Shown: positions 22,456-32,910, counted from the stretch's first letter. The stretch is DNA of 50,029 bases from Candidatus Omnitrophota bacterium (GCA_003644405.1 QNCE01000002.1:1-50029); one strand, 5' to 3'. Program-made: numbers and translations. The notes: generated by a model from the sequence alone, not told the origin.

Positions 22456-22962
22456 ATGGAACAAGAAGAAATAACTGTAAAAGACCAGGAAGAAGTATTT
22501 ATTGAAAGAGTCATCTTTATAAATCGAGTAACTAAAGTTACTAAAGGTGGAAAGAATTTGGGTTTCTCTGCCTTGGTAGTTGTAGGAGATGGAAAAAGTA
22601 AGGTAGGTTATGCCTTGGGTAAGGCAAATGAAGTAGCTGATGCCATAAGAAAAGGTATAAAGAAAGCAAAGAAGAATCTTATAGAGATACCTAAAAAAGG
22701 CACCACTATTCCCCATCAAGTAAAGGGAGAATTTGGTGCAGTAGAAGTTTTTCTTAAACCAGCGGGAAGAGGAACAGGAGTAATTGCTGGAGGAGTTATT
22801 CGGGCTATCTGCGAATGTGCAGGAATAAAAGATATTTTAACTAAGATTTTGAAAAAATCTACTAATCCTATAAATGTAGTGAAAGCTACATTTTCTGCTT
22901 TAAGTAACCTTAAGAAGGGGAAAGATGAATATATCTCAACTTCAACCCAAGAAGAAACATAA
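22456..22962 (+). CDS. rpsE: 30S ribosomal protein S5
   Basis: 168 aa with [25 protein letters not shown]. Its 3' end overlaps rplO by 38 nt. Confidence 0.95.
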   Translation: MEQEEITVKDQEEVFIERVIFINRVTKVTKGGKNLGFSALVVVGDGKSKVGYALGKANEVADAIRKGIKKAKKNLIEIPKKGTTIPHQVKGEFGAVEVFLKPAGRGTGVIAGGVIRAICECAGIKDILTKILKKSTNPINVVKATFSALSNLKKGKDEYISTSTQEET

Positions 22963-23377
22963 GAAACCTAAAAGAGTAGGAAGAGGCCCTGGTTCTGGTC
23001 ATGGAAAGACTAGTACTCGAGGACATAAGGGTACGGGGCAACGTAAAGGGAGGATGTATTATATTGGATTCGGCGGAGGAAACGTTCCTTATTTGCGGAA
23101 AATACCCAAACGAGGTTTTACCTCCAAAAGGCCTAAAGAGTATCAAATCGTTAACTTAAAAGATATAGTAAAAAAGATAAAGAATAAAAAAGAAATAACC
23201 CCAAAAGAATTGAAGAAAGTAAATCTTATAAAAGAAGAAAAAAAGCCTGTAAAAATTTTAGCTGATATTAAGGAAGAATTTTCTCTAGATAGTGTATTTA
23301 AAGCTCAAAAATTTTCCAAAAAAGCTAAAGAAATCATAGAAAAAGGAGGAGGTAAGATAGAGTATCTACCTGAGTAG
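22925..23377 (+). CDS. rplO: 50S ribosomal protein L15
   Basis: 150 aa with [21 protein letters not shown]. Confidence 0.95.
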   Translation: MNISQLQPKKKHKKPKRVGRGPGSGHGKTSTRGHKGTGQRKGRMYYIGFGGGNVPYLRKIPKRGFTSKRPKEYQIVNLKDIVKKIKNKKEITPKELKKVNLIKEEKKPVKILADIKEEFSLDSVFKAQKFSKKAKEIIEKGGGKIEYLPE

Positions 23378-23379
23378 TT

Positions 23380-24735
23380 ATGTTTACCAAATTGACTAAC
23401 ATATTTAGGGTGGAAGAGCTAAGAAAGAAGGTGCTTGTTACTCTCTCTCTTTTAATTGTTTATCGAATAGGGTGTTTTATACCTACTCCTGGAATAGATG
23501 GCCAGGCTTTATCCAATTTTTTTGAACAACTTTCCAAAATTCAAGGACAAACAATTCTAGGAATAATTAACCTTTTTACAGGAGGAGCTTTAAGACGCTT
23601 GAGTATTTTTGCCTTAGGAATAATGCCTTATATCTCTGCATCTATTATTATGCAACTCTTAACGGGAATTGTTCCTGCTTTGGAAAACATAGCACGAGAA
23701 GGAAGAGCAGGATATGAAAAGATAAATCAGTATACCAGGTACTTAACCTTATTTATCTGCTTAATCCAAGGATTTATGCTGGCGTTGTGGTTGGAAAATC
23801 CTCAAAATTTTAGAGGAGTAGTGATTGTTCCTAACCCTGGAGCTTTATTTAGATTCGTTACAGTATTTACTCTTACTTGTGGAACAATATTTATTATGTG
23901 GTTAGGAGAGCAGATTCAAGAGAGAGGCATAGGTAATGGAATTTCCTTAATCATTACTACAAGCATCATTTCCCGAATTCCTTCTGCTCTTTATCAACTG
24001 TGGATGCTCTATTCTCCTTTTGATCCTAGTAAACGGCAAATTAGTACTATTACTGTTGTTAGTCTTATGGTTCTATGGTTTCTGGTAGTATTAGCGGTGG
24101 TACTTTTTACTCAAGCTCAGCGAAGAATTCCTATCCAATATGGAAAAAGAATTATTGGAAGAAGAGTGTATGGTGGCCAAAGCACTTATCTTCCTATAAG
24201 GGTAGATATGGCAGGAGTAATCGCTATTATTTTTGCACAAAGTGTAATTCTTTTTCCAGGAACCATAGCTACTTTTTTTCCTAAAAGTACAAGGTTGGCT
24301 ACATTTTTTCAAACTATTTTTAGACAAGGAGGACTCTGGTATAACTTAATTTATATAGCGCTTATTATGTTTTTTATGTATTTTTATACTGCAATAGTAT
24401 TTAATCCCCAAGAGATAGCTAACAATTTAAAAAAATACGGGGGATTTATTCCTGGGATAAGACCAGGGAGACAAACTGCAGAGCACCTGGATTATGTGGT
24501 TACAAGAATTGTTTTTATAGGAGCAATTTACGTAGCGGTGATAGCAATTCTTCCGGGAGTCATTATGAAGTTGTTTAATATCCCTTCTTATGCTATAACT
24601 TCCTTTTTTGGAGGAACGACTATCTTGATTATGGTAGGAGTGGTTTTAGACACTATGCGGCAAATAGAGGGTCAACTTCTTATTCGGTATTATGACGGAT
24701 TTATAAAAGGAAAGGAGTTAAAGGGGAGAAGATGA
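23380..24735 (+). CDS. secY: Preprotein translocase subunit SecY
   Basis: 451 aa polytopic membrane protein with SIFALGIMPYISASII. Confidence 0.97.
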   Translation: MFTKLTNIFRVEELRKKVLVTLSLLIVYRIGCFIPTPGIDGQALSNFFEQLSKIQGQTILGIINLFTGGALRRLSIFALGIMPYISASIIMQLLTGIVPALENIAREGRAGYEKINQYTRYLTLFICLIQGFMLALWLENPQNFRGVVIVPNPGALFRFVTVFTLTCGTIFIMWLGEQIQERGIGNGISLIITTSIISRIPSALYQLWMLYSPFDPSKRQISTITVVSLMVLWFLVVLAVVLFTQAQRRIPIQYGKRIIGRRVYGGQSTYLPIRVDMAGVIAIIFAQSVILFPGTIATFFPKSTRLATFFQTIFRQGGLWYNLIYIALIMFFMYFYTAIVFNPQEIANNLKKYGGFIPGIRPGRQTAEHLDYVVTRIVFIGAIYVAVIAILPGVIMKLFNIPSYAITSFFGGTTILIMVGVVLDTMRQIEGQLLIRYYDGFIKGKELKGRR

Positions 24736-25367
24736 GAATAATTCTGTTGGGAGCACCAGGCTCAGGAAAAGGAACTCAAGCAAAAACTATGAGTGAGAAG
24801 CTTAATATTAAGAGAATTTCCTTAGGAGATATTCTCCGAGAAGAAGTCAAAAAGAATACTCCCTTAGGAGAAAAAGTAAAAGAGTATATGTATAAGGGGT
24901 TATTAGTCCCTGACAAAATTGTTTCTATGGTAGTTGAAGAAAACATTGATAGCGAAGATTTCGTTATAGATGGTTATCCTCGAAACACTAATCAAGCTAA
25001 AGACTTAGACAATATTTTGAGCAAAAAGAACCTTTCTCTAGATAAAGCTATTTATTTAGAAGTTAGCCAAGAAACCGCTATAAAAAGACTTTCGGGAAGA
25101 AGAATATGCAAAAATTGCGGAGCTAATTACCATATAGAAAATATGCCTCCTAAAAAAGAGGGAATTTGTGATATTTGCGGAGGCATGTTGATTCAAAGAA
25201 AAGACGATGAGCCCGAGGTAATTAAAAATCGGTGGATCGTATTCCAAAAAGAAAATGTTCCTTTGATGAACTTTTATAAAGAGAAAGATAAGTTAATTAT
25301 TGTGGATGCTAACCAAGAGGCGGAAGAAGTATTTCAAGAGGTACTAAAGAAGTTAAATCATGGATAA
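24732..25367 (+). CDS. adk: Adenylate kinase (Zn-lid type)
   Basis: P-loop GAPGSGKGT and a lid with CKNCG...CDICGG. Confidence 0.96.
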   Translation: MRIILLGAPGSGKGTQAKTMSEKLNIKRISLGDILREEVKKNTPLGEKVKEYMYKGLLVPDKIVSMVVEENIDSEDFVIDGYPRNTNQAKDLDNILSKKNLSLDKAIYLEVSQETAIKRLSGRRICKNCGANYHIENMPPKKEGICDICGGMLIQRKDDEPEVIKNRWIVFQKENVPLMNFYKEKDKLIIVDANQEAEEVFQEVLKKLNHG

Positions 25368-26109
25368 TTTTCTTTCTTATCAAGAATTAAAAGTTGCTTC
25401 TTACGCAGGAAAAGTAGCGGCTAAAATCATCAAGGAAATAAAAAGAATTATAAAACCTGGTATTACTACTAAAGATATAGAACTCTTTTTTGAAAAAGAA
25501 ATTAGCAAATACCCTGAAATGGAATCGGCGTTTAAAGGTTATAAGGGATTTCCTGCCTCTTTGTGTGTATCAGTAAACGAAGAGGTAATTCATGGAATAC
25601 CTTCAAAAGAGAAGATATTAAAAGAAGGAGATTTAGTAAGTGTAGATTTGGGTATAAAGTATAAAGGTCTATTTGTAGATACTGCTTTTACTTACTTGGT
25701 AAGTAAAAAATCTTCCTTAGCAAAAAAATTGGTAAAAGTGTGTAAAAAAGCATTAATGGAAGGAATAAAAAAAATCAAAGTTGGAAGAAAAATAGGAGAT
25801 ATAAGTTGTGCTATTCAAAGATGTGTAGAAAGAGAGGGATTTTCAGTAATAAGAAGTTTTGTAGGACATGGCATAGGGAAAGAACTCCACTTACCTCCGG
25901 AGGTGCCTAATTTTGGTGAAGAGAATACAGGGGAGACCCTTATTGAAGGAATGGTTTTAGCTATCGAACCAATGATAGCTGCAGGAAATCACTGTATAGA
26001 ATTTTTAAAAGATGGATGGACAGTTAAAACTAAAGATAATTCTTTAACTTCACATTTTGAGCACACGGTAGCGGTAACTAAAAAGGGAGCTTGGATTCTT
26101 ACACAGTGA
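25360..26109 (+). CDS. map: Methionine aminopeptidase type I
   Basis: 249 aa with MAP-like sequence (VSVDLG, GHGIG, EPM, FEHTV). Follows adk. Confidence 0.94.
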   Translation: MDNFLSYQELKVASYAGKVAAKIIKEIKRIIKPGITTKDIELFFEKEISKYPEMESAFKGYKGFPASLCVSVNEEVIHGIPSKEKILKEGDLVSVDLGIKYKGLFVDTAFTYLVSKKSSLAKKLVKVCKKALMEGIKKIKVGRKIGDISCAIQRCVEREGFSVIRSFVGHGIGKELHLPPEVPNFGEENTGETLIEGMVLAIEPMIAAGNHCIEFLKDGWTVKTKDNSLTSHFEHTVAVTKKGAWILTQ

Positions 26110-26110
26110 T

Positions 26111-26329
26111 ATGAGTAAAGAAGAATTAATTGAAGTTGAAGGAGAAATTGTAGAAGCTCTTCCCAACGCTATGTTTAGAGTAAAGTTAGATAATGGTCAT
26201 TTAGTTTTAGCTCATGTAAGTGGGAAGATGAGAATGCATTTTATAAAAATTCTTCCTGGGGACAAAGTTAAGGTGGAACTATCTCCCTACGATCTAACTC
26301 GAGGAAGAATAACTTATCGATATAAGTAA
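26111..26329 (+). CDS. infA: Translation initiation factor IF-1
   Basis: 72 aa S1-fold protein with [14 protein letters not shown] and [16 protein letters not shown]. Confidence 0.97.
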   Translation: MSKEELIEVEGEIVEALPNAMFRVKLDNGHLVLAHVSGKMRMHFIKILPGDKVKVELSPYDLTRGRITYRYK

Positions 26330-26331
26330 TC

Positions 26332-26445
26332 ATGAAAGTTAAATCTTCTGTAAAAAAAATTTGTGACAAGTGCAGAATAATAAAAAGAAAAGGTATAATA
26401 AGGGTTATTTGTAAAAATCCCAAACATAAACAAAGGCAAGGATAA
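26332..26445 (+). CDS. rpmJ: 50S ribosomal protein L36
   Basis: Absent from the ORF track (37 aa). ATG at 26332, TAA at 26443-26445. Translates to [37 protein letters not shown], with CxxC...CxxxxH. Canonical infA-rpmJ-rpsM position. Confidence 0.93.
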   Translation: MKVKSSVKKICDKCRIIKRKGIIRVICKNPKHKQRQG

Positions 26446-26463
26446 TAAACAAAAGGAGAAAAG

Positions 26464-26838
26464 ATGCCAAGAATTTTAGGTGTAGATATTCCTAAGGAAA
26501 AAAAAGTAAAAATAGCTCTTCGTTATATTTACGGAATAGGTCCTAGTAATGCTTTAGAAGTATTAAAGAATACAGGAGTAGATCCAGAAAAAAAGGCTTC
26601 CCAACTCAGTGATGAAGAAATATCTAAAATTGCTTCGTTTATTCAATCAAATTATAAAGTAGAAGGAGAACTACGTAGAGAGATAACTCAAAATATTAGA
26701 AGATTAATGGATATAGGTTGCTATCGAGGAATAAGACATAAAAAGCATCTTCCTGTAAGGGGACAACGTACTCGTTGTAATGCCCGAACTAGAAAAGGTC
26801 CTCGACCTCGTGTGGGAGGTATAAAGAAGAAAAGTTAG
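26464..26838 (+). CDS. rpsM: 30S ribosomal protein S13
   Basis: Starts [10 protein letters not shown] and contains [17 protein letters not shown]. Confidence 0.97.
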   Translation: MPRILGVDIPKEKKVKIALRYIYGIGPSNALEVLKNTGVDPEKKASQLSDEEISKIASFIQSNYKVEGELRREITQNIRRLMDIGCYRGIRHKKHLPVRGQRTRCNARTRKGPRPRVGGIKKKS

Positions 26839-26857
26839 GTAGAAAAAAGGAGGGCAA

Positions 26858-27250
26858 TTGGCCAAAAAAAGAAGAAGAGAAAAGAAAAAAAAGATTCATC
26901 TAACTTCTCCTCTAGGAATGGTTCATATAAAAGCCACATTCAATAATACTATTATTACTGTTACAGATCTGAAAGGTAATGTTATTGGTTGGGCTTCAGG
27001 AGGAACTATTGGATTCAAAGGTACGAAAAAGTCTACTCCTTATGCTGCCCAACTAGCTGCTTTAGATGTAGCTAAACGGGTTAAGGAAATGGGACTAAGC
27101 GATGTTGAAGTTTTTGTCAAAGGTCCCGGTCCAGGAAGAGAGGCAGCTATTAGATCTTTACAGAGTGCAGGGCTTAATGTGAAAAGAGTAAAAGACGTAA
27201 CTCCCACACCTCACAACGGGTGTCGGCCAAGGAAGAAAAGGAGAGTATAA
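26858..27250 (+). CDS. rpsK: 30S ribosomal protein S11
   Basis: 130 aa. TTG start 4 nt after AGGAGG. Contains [11 protein letters not shown] and [12 protein letters not shown]. Confidence 0.95.
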   Translation: MAKKRRREKKKKIHLTSPLGMVHIKATFNNTIITVTDLKGNVIGWASGGTIGFKGTKKSTPYAAQLAALDVAKRVKEMGLSDVEVFVKGPGPGREAAIRSLQSAGLNVKRVKDVTPTPHNGCRPRKKRRV

Positions 27251-27253
27251 ATT

Positions 27254-27883
27254 ATGGGGAGATACTTAGGACCTAAATGTAAATTATGTAGAAGGGAACG
27301 AACAAAACTTTTTTTAAAAGGATCCAAATGTAATACAGAAAAATGTCCTTTTTCTCGAAGAACTTATCCTCCAGGTGTGCATGGAAAAAGACAAACAAAA
27401 CAATCTTACTATGGTCTCCAGCTGAGAGAAAAACAAAAAGTAAAAAGAATGTATGGAATGTTAGAAAAACAATTTAAACGCTTTTTTAGGTTAGCAGTTA
27501 AATCTAAAGAAGTTACTGGTAGAAAACTTATTCAACTTTTAGAACGGAGATTAGATAATGTTATTTACCGAGCATTATTTGCTCTTTCTAGAAACGAAGC
27601 TCGCCAAATAGTAAGGCATGGTTTCGTTTTTATTGGAGAAAGGAGAGTAAATATTCCTTCTTATATTACTAGAGAAGGAGAAGAAATTAAGATAAAGGCT
27701 AAAGAAAGTGTAATAAAAAGAATAAAGGAAAATATAGAAATAAACTCTAAAGAAAGAAGTGTACCAACTTGGATAGAAGTAGATAATGAAAACCTAAAAT
27801 TAAAAATAAAGAGATTACCAGAGAAGGAAGATCTAACTATTCCTATAAGTGAACAGTTAATCGTTGAATTATATTCAAAGTAA
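27254..27883 (+). CDS. rpsD: 30S ribosomal protein S4 (Cys-rich N-terminus)
   Basis: 209 aa, starts MGRYLGPKCKLCRRE, and has an S4 RNA-binding domain. Confidence 0.96.
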   Translation: MGRYLGPKCKLCRRERTKLFLKGSKCNTEKCPFSRRTYPPGVHGKRQTKQSYYGLQLREKQKVKRMYGMLEKQFKRFFRLAVKSKEVTGRKLIQLLERRLDNVIYRALFALSRNEARQIVRHGFVFIGERRVNIPSYITREGEEIKIKAKESVIKRIKENIEINSKERSVPTWIEVDNENLKLKIKRLPEKEDLTIPISEQLIVELYSK

Positions 27884-27905
27884 TAAAAGATAGGAGGTCA
27901 AAAAA

Positions 27906-28892
27906 ATGGGTATAAGCTGGAGAGACTTCCAATTCCCTAAAAGAATAGTTATCGAAGAAGGTTCTTACACTCCCTACTATGGAAAATTTATCGCTGAACC
28001 TCTAGAAAGAGGTTATGGGGTAACTTTAGGAAATTCATTAAGAAGAACTCTCCTTTCTTCTATTGAAGGAGCTGCTGTTACAGCTATAAGGATAGAGGGA
28101 GTGCCTCACGAATTTTCCACTATAAAAGGTGTAAGAGAGGATGTACCTCAAATCGTACTTAATATAAAAAATGTTGTACTAAGATCATACTCTAAAGGAC
28201 CCAGAAAAATATACATAAAAGCTTACGGAGAAAAAGAAGTAAAAGCTGGGGAGATTATAACTGATGAAAGTATAGAAGTAATCAATCCTGATTCTCATAT
28301 AGCTACTCTAACTTCTAAAGACGCTAGTCTCCAGATAGAAATGGAAGTAGGTAGAGGGAGAGGATTTGTTCCTGCGGAGATGAACAAACGTGAAGATATG
28401 CCTATAGGAACTATTCCTATTGATTCTATATTTACTCCGATAAAAAAAGTAAACTTTAAAGTAGAAAATGCTAGAGTGGGAAAAAGAACTGATTACGATA
28501 AACTGATATTAGAAATATGGACAAATGGAAGTATAGAACCAAAGGAAGCTTTAATCTATGCTTCTAAGGTGTTAAGTAAACATCTGGAATTATTCTTTAC
28601 TTTGGGAGAAATTCCGGAAGAGGAAGTAGAAGAACTTACACCAGAAGAAATTTCTTTCTATGAAAAACTCAAAATTCCTGTCTCCGAACTTGAACTTTCG
28701 GTGCGGAGCGCTAATTGTTTGAGAGAAGCGAATATAAAGATTTTGGCAGATCTGGTAGAAAAAACAGAAGCAGAAATGCTTTCCTATAGAAATTTTGGGA
28801 AAAAATCATTAAATGAAATAGTGAATCTTTTAAAGAGTATGGGATTTTCCTTAGGTATGAAGATTGACAGAAAAAAACTTCAAATGGTATGA
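27906..28892 (+). CDS. rpoA: DNA-directed RNA polymerase subunit alpha
   Basis: 328 aa. Has an N-terminal dimerisation domain (GNSLRRTLLSSIEGAA) and a C-terminal domain (LELSVRSANCL). Confidence 0.97.
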   Translation: MGISWRDFQFPKRIVIEEGSYTPYYGKFIAEPLERGYGVTLGNSLRRTLLSSIEGAAVTAIRIEGVPHEFSTIKGVREDVPQIVLNIKNVVLRSYSKGPRKIYIKAYGEKEVKAGEIITDESIEVINPDSHIATLTSKDASLQIEMEVGRGRGFVPAEMNKREDMPIGTIPIDSIFTPIKKVNFKVENARVGKRTDYDKLILEIWTNGSIEPKEALIYASKVLSKHLELFFTLGEIPEEEVEELTPEEISFYEKLKIPVSELELSVRSANCLREANIKILADLVEKTEAEMLSYRNFGKKSLNEIVNLLKSMGFSLGMKIDRKKLQMV

Positions 28893-29404
28893 GACATAGA
28901 AAAAAAACTAAAAAATTATCTCGTTCTCGAGCTCAAAGAAAAGCTTTGATAAGAAGTTTAGGTAGAGCTCTAATTCTTTGTGAAGCAATAAAAACCACCA
29001 AATCAAAAGCAAAAGCAGTGAAAGGCTGGATAGATAAATTAATCGGGTGGGGTAAGGTTGATACTCTTTATAATCGTCGTTTAGCCTACAAAGTATTGGG
29101 AGACCATAAACTAGTAAAAAAACTCTTTACCGAAATTGCTCCTCGTTTTAAAGATATAAGTGGCGGCTATACTCGAATAATAGATTTAACCTACCGAAAA
29201 GGTGATGGTGCAAAATTATCCTTGATAGAACTAACCCGCAGGGAAAAGAAGGAGAAAATAAAAAAGAAAGAAGAAAAAGGGAAAGTTCCATCTAAAAAAT
29301 CAGAAAAATCGGAATTACACCCTCCTAAGAAGGAAGAAAAACCCAAAAGAGGGTTTATCAAAGGAGTAAGGTCAATTTTTAAGAAAGAAAGAGATTCTCT
29401 GTAA
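28889..29404 (+). CDS. rplQ: 50S ribosomal protein L17 with Lys/Glu-rich C-terminal extension
   Basis: 171 aa, starts MRHRKKTKKLSRSRAQRKAL. A low-complexity tail runs from about residue 118. Confidence 0.94.
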   Translation: MRHRKKTKKLSRSRAQRKALIRSLGRALILCEAIKTTKSKAKAVKGWIDKLIGWGKVDTLYNRRLAYKVLGDHKLVKKLFTEIAPRFKDISGGYTRIIDLTYRKGDGAKLSLIELTRREKKEKIKKKEEKGKVPSKKSEKSELHPPKKEEKPKRGFIKGVRSIFKKERDSL

Positions 29405-29417
29405 GTTTGGTTTTATA

Positions 29418-30590
29418 ATGAAGTGGGGAAAGGTAATAAACCGTTGTCTCCCATTGGTAAATAAATCTCCTACCTTAACCCTTACTTCCTTAGCTAAAAA
29501 ACTCAAAAGAGAAGGTAAAGATGTAGTAAATTTTGCTGGAGGAGAACCGGATTTTGATACGCCAGAGTTTATAAAAGAAGCAGCAAAAGAAGCCTTAAAA
29601 GAAGGATTCACTAAGTATACCCCTTCTACAGGAATACCCCAATTAAAGAAGGCTATCGCTAAAAAAATAAACGAGGAGAATGGATTTTCCTGTAACGAAG
29701 AGAATATAATTGTAACTGCGGGAGCAAAATTTGCTATATTTATTTCTCTTTTTGCTCTCCTAAATCCTCAAGAGGAAGTAATTATCCCTTCCCCTTATTG
29801 GGTAAGTTATCCTGAAATGGTTAAACTTGCTGGAGGAAAAGTAAAAATACTACCTGCACAAGAGGAAGAAAATTTCAAAATAAACCCTAGTAAGCTAAAG
29901 GCACTCATTACTTCTAAAACTAAAATTTTAATCCTAAATTATCCTAATAATCCTACAGGAATAACTTATACTAAAGAGGAGTTAGAAGAAATAGCCCAGA
30001 TAATAAGAGATTCTCCTCTCTTTGTCTTAAGTGATGAGGTATATGAAAAGATACTTTTTGATAATCTTGCCCATACCAGCTTTGCTTCTCTAGAAGGAGT
30101 AAGAGAAAAAACAATAACTATAAATAGTTTCTCTAAAAGTTTTTCTATGACTGGTTGGCGAATAGGTTTTATGGTTGCTCCTAAAAAGATTGTAGAAGAA
30201 GCATCTAAAATAGTAGACCATACCACTTCTTGCCCTAATAGTTTAGCTCAAGTAGCTGCTGTTAAAGCATTAGAAAATAATAGAGATTGGTATAATTTTA
30301 TAAAAGATACCTTCCAGAAAAAAAGAGATTTAATTTATGAAAAGCTCTTAGAGTGTCCTAAATTGAAGCTTATAAAACCCCAGGGGACCTTTTATTTATT
30401 CTGTAACATAAAAAGCACTCATCTTAACAGTTTAGAGTTTTCTTCTAAACTTTTGACTCAATCTCTTGTGGCAGTTATACCTTCTACAGGATTTGGAGAG
30501 GATGGTTATATAAGAGTGAGCTTTGCTACTAATGAGGAAAATATATTAAAAGGAGCGCAACGCATTAAAGAATTTTTAGCTAAAATTTAA
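29418..30590 (+). CDS. PLP-dependent class I aminotransferase (aspartate aminotransferase-like)
   Basis: 390 aa with GEPDFDTP and the PLP-lysine motif SFSKSFSMTGWRIG. Confidence 0.85.
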   Translation: MKWGKVINRCLPLVNKSPTLTLTSLAKKLKREGKDVVNFAGGEPDFDTPEFIKEAAKEALKEGFTKYTPSTGIPQLKKAIAKKINEENGFSCNEENIIVTAGAKFAIFISLFALLNPQEEVIIPSPYWVSYPEMVKLAGGKVKILPAQEEENFKINPSKLKALITSKTKILILNYPNNPTGITYTKEELEEIAQIIRDSPLFVLSDEVYEKILFDNLAHTSFASLEGVREKTITINSFSKSFSMTGWRIGFMVAPKKIVEEASKIVDHTTSCPNSLAQVAAVKALENNRDWYNFIKDTFQKKRDLIYEKLLECPKLKLIKPQGTFYLFCNIKSTHLNSLEFSSKLLTQSLVAVIPSTGFGEDGYIRVSFATNEENILKGAQRIKEFLAKI

Positions 30591-30591
30591 A

Positions 30592-31857
30592 ATGGGCAAA
30601 ACTATCGCTGAAAAAATCTTTTCTTACCACGCTAAAAAATCTTTAAAAAGTGGTGACGTAGCTGTATGTAAGGTAGATTTTTGTTTTTCTCAGGATGGGA
30701 CTACTTCTTTAGTATTAGACGCTTTAGAAAAGTTTTCTCAAAATATAAAATATCCTAAAAAATATGCCCAATTTATCGACCACAGTATACCTGCTCCTAA
30801 TGTAGGTGTAGCAAAAGTTCATATTCGAATGAGAGAAGCTACTAATAAGTTAGGGAATTTACTTTTTGACGTTGGTGAAGGTATATCTCACCAGCTAGTA
30901 ATAGAAAAAGGACTTGCCTATCCAGGAGCACTCATTTTAGGAGCAGATTCTCATACTTCAACCTGTGGAACTTTAGGAGCAGTTGGTTTGGGAGTGGGTT
31001 CTACAGATTTAGCAGTTACTTTAGTTACAAGAAGAAATTGGTTTAAAATACCTTCTACTTACAAAATAATCGTAAAGGGGAAAATACCTAAAGGGGTTTT
31101 TAGTAAAGATATTATCCTTTATATCATCAAGCAACTTACGTGCTGGGGAGCTACCTATCGCTGTGTGGAGTTTGATGGAGAAGTAATTAAAGCACTTTCC
31201 TTGGAGGCACGATTCACTATAACAAATATGAGTATTGAGTTTGGTGCAAAGTGCGGAATTATAGCTCCTGATAAAAAAGTGTTTAATTATTTAGAAAAAA
31301 TAGGAATTAGCAAATATAAACCTTTTTACTCTGACAAAGATGCCAAGTATGAAAAAATTATAGAATTTGATATTTCTAAACTTTCTCCTTATATTGCTAA
31401 ACCTCATAGTGTAGACAATGGTGTGTCTATTGAAGAGGTCGAAGGACTTCCTATAAATCAGGGTTACATTGGAACATGTACTAATGGAAGATTAGAGGAT
31501 TTAGAAATAGCTGCACGGATATTAAGAGGAAGAAAAGTTCATCCTGAAGTAAAACTTTTTGTTGCCCCTGCATCTAAAAAAGTATTTAAGTTAGCTTTAA
31601 CAAAGGGTATCATAAAAACCCTTATCGAAGCAGGAGCAATTGTCCTTCCTCCTGGATGTGGACCCTGTGTAGGAACTAATCAAGGAGTGCCTGCTGATGG
31701 AGAAGTAGTTATTTCTACTGCTAATAGAAATTTTAAAGGAAGGATGGGAAATCCTAACAGCTTTATTTACCTTGCTTCTCCTGCTACCGTAGCTAGTTCT
31801 GTTATAAGAGGAAAAATAACTGATCCTCGAAGATATCTTTACCAAAAAAGGAGGTAA
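30592..31857 (+). CDS. Aconitase-family hydro-lyase large subunit (LeuC/HacA type, ~420 aa)
   Basis: 421 aa with GADSHT and Fe-S cysteines in GTCTNGR and PGCGPCVG. Substrate cannot be assigned from sequence alone. Confidence 0.85.
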   Translation: MGKTIAEKIFSYHAKKSLKSGDVAVCKVDFCFSQDGTTSLVLDALEKFSQNIKYPKKYAQFIDHSIPAPNVGVAKVHIRMREATNKLGNLLFDVGEGISHQLVIEKGLAYPGALILGADSHTSTCGTLGAVGLGVGSTDLAVTLVTRRNWFKIPSTYKIIVKGKIPKGVFSKDIILYIIKQLTCWGATYRCVEFDGEVIKALSLEARFTITNMSIEFGAKCGIIAPDKKVFNYLEKIGISKYKPFYSDKDAKYEKIIEFDISKLSPYIAKPHSVDNGVSIEEVEGLPINQGYIGTCTNGRLEDLEIAARILRGRKVHPEVKLFVAPASKKVFKLALTKGIIKTLIEAGAIVLPPGCGPCVGTNQGVPADGEVVISTANRNFKGRMGNPNSFIYLASPATVASSVIRGKITDPRRYLYQKRR

Positions 31858-31860
31858 ATA

Positions 31861-32910
31861 ATGACAGATATGACTACTCTTTTAAAACTTGCTATGGAGA
31901 AGGGAGCAAGTGATTTACATATTACTGTAAATTCTCCTCCTGTCTTAAGAATCGACGGAAAACTTCACCTTACAGATCTACCTCCTTTAAATTCGGAACA
32001 GACAAAGGCCCTCATATATAGTATCTTAACCGATGATCAAAAGGCAATATTTGAGAAGGATAAAGAGTTGGATTTTTCCTTTTCTGTTCCCAATATGGAT
32101 AGGTTTCGTATAAACGTTCACTATCAGAAAGGGAATGTAGAAGCAGCTTTAAGACGTATTCCTAGAGAAATTCCTCCTCTCGATGAACTGGGTGTTCCTT
32201 TAGTAGCTTACGATTTAATAAGAAAACCTAATGGTTTAGTTTTAGTAACTGGTCCCACAGGAACAGGCAAAAGTACTACTTTAGCAGCAATGATTGATGT
32301 GATAAATAAAGAGAGAAAAGAAATAATCATCTGTATAGAAGATCCTATAGAATTCTATCATAGCAACAAAGAAAGTATAATAAAACAAAGAGAAATTTAC
32401 GCAGATACTCACTCTTTTCCCGAAGCTTTAAGAAGAGCATTAAGACAAGATCCTAATGTAATTGTAGTAGGAGAGATGCGTGATTTAGAAACTATTGCTA
32501 CTACCTTAACAGCTGCAGAAACAGGACACCTGGTTTTAGCTACCCTACATACTCCCGATGCTCCCCAAACTGTCCAAAGAATTATTGATGTTTTCCCTCC
32601 CCATCAACAAAAGCAGATAAGGGTGCAACTCGCTGATTGCCTTCAGGGAGTAATCTCCCAACTTCTCTTACCTAGAGCTGATGGGTTAGGAAGAGTGTTA
32701 GCTACCGAGGTTATGATTGCTACCCCAGGAATAAGAAACCTAATAAGAGAAGGAGAAATAGCGCAAATTCCTTCTTTGATCCAAATGGGAGCTCAATATG
32801 GTATGCATACTATGGATAAGTGTCTGAAAGAATTGTACAAAAGAGGAATAATTAACAGAGAGATAGCTATAAGTAAAGTTAAAAACATAATGGAGTTTGA
32901 AAACTTATGA
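31861..32910 (+). CDS. pilT: Type IV pilus retraction ATPase PilT
   Basis: 349 aa with Walker A GPTGTGKST, Walker B/Asp box VIVVGEMRD, His box TGHLVLATLHT and the PGIRNLIREGE motif. Confidence 0.93.
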   Translation: MTDMTTLLKLAMEKGASDLHITVNSPPVLRIDGKLHLTDLPPLNSEQTKALIYSILTDDQKAIFEKDKELDFSFSVPNMDRFRINVHYQKGNVEAALRRIPREIPPLDELGVPLVAYDLIRKPNGLVLVTGPTGTGKSTTLAAMIDVINKERKEIIICIEDPIEFYHSNKESIIKQREIYADTHSFPEALRRALRQDPNVIVVGEMRDLETIATTLTAAETGHLVLATLHTPDAPQTVQRIIDVFPPHQQKQIRVQLADCLQGVISQLLLPRADGLGRVLATEVMIATPGIRNLIREGEIAQIPSLIQMGAQYGMHTMDKCLKELYKRGIINREIAISKVKNIMEFENL

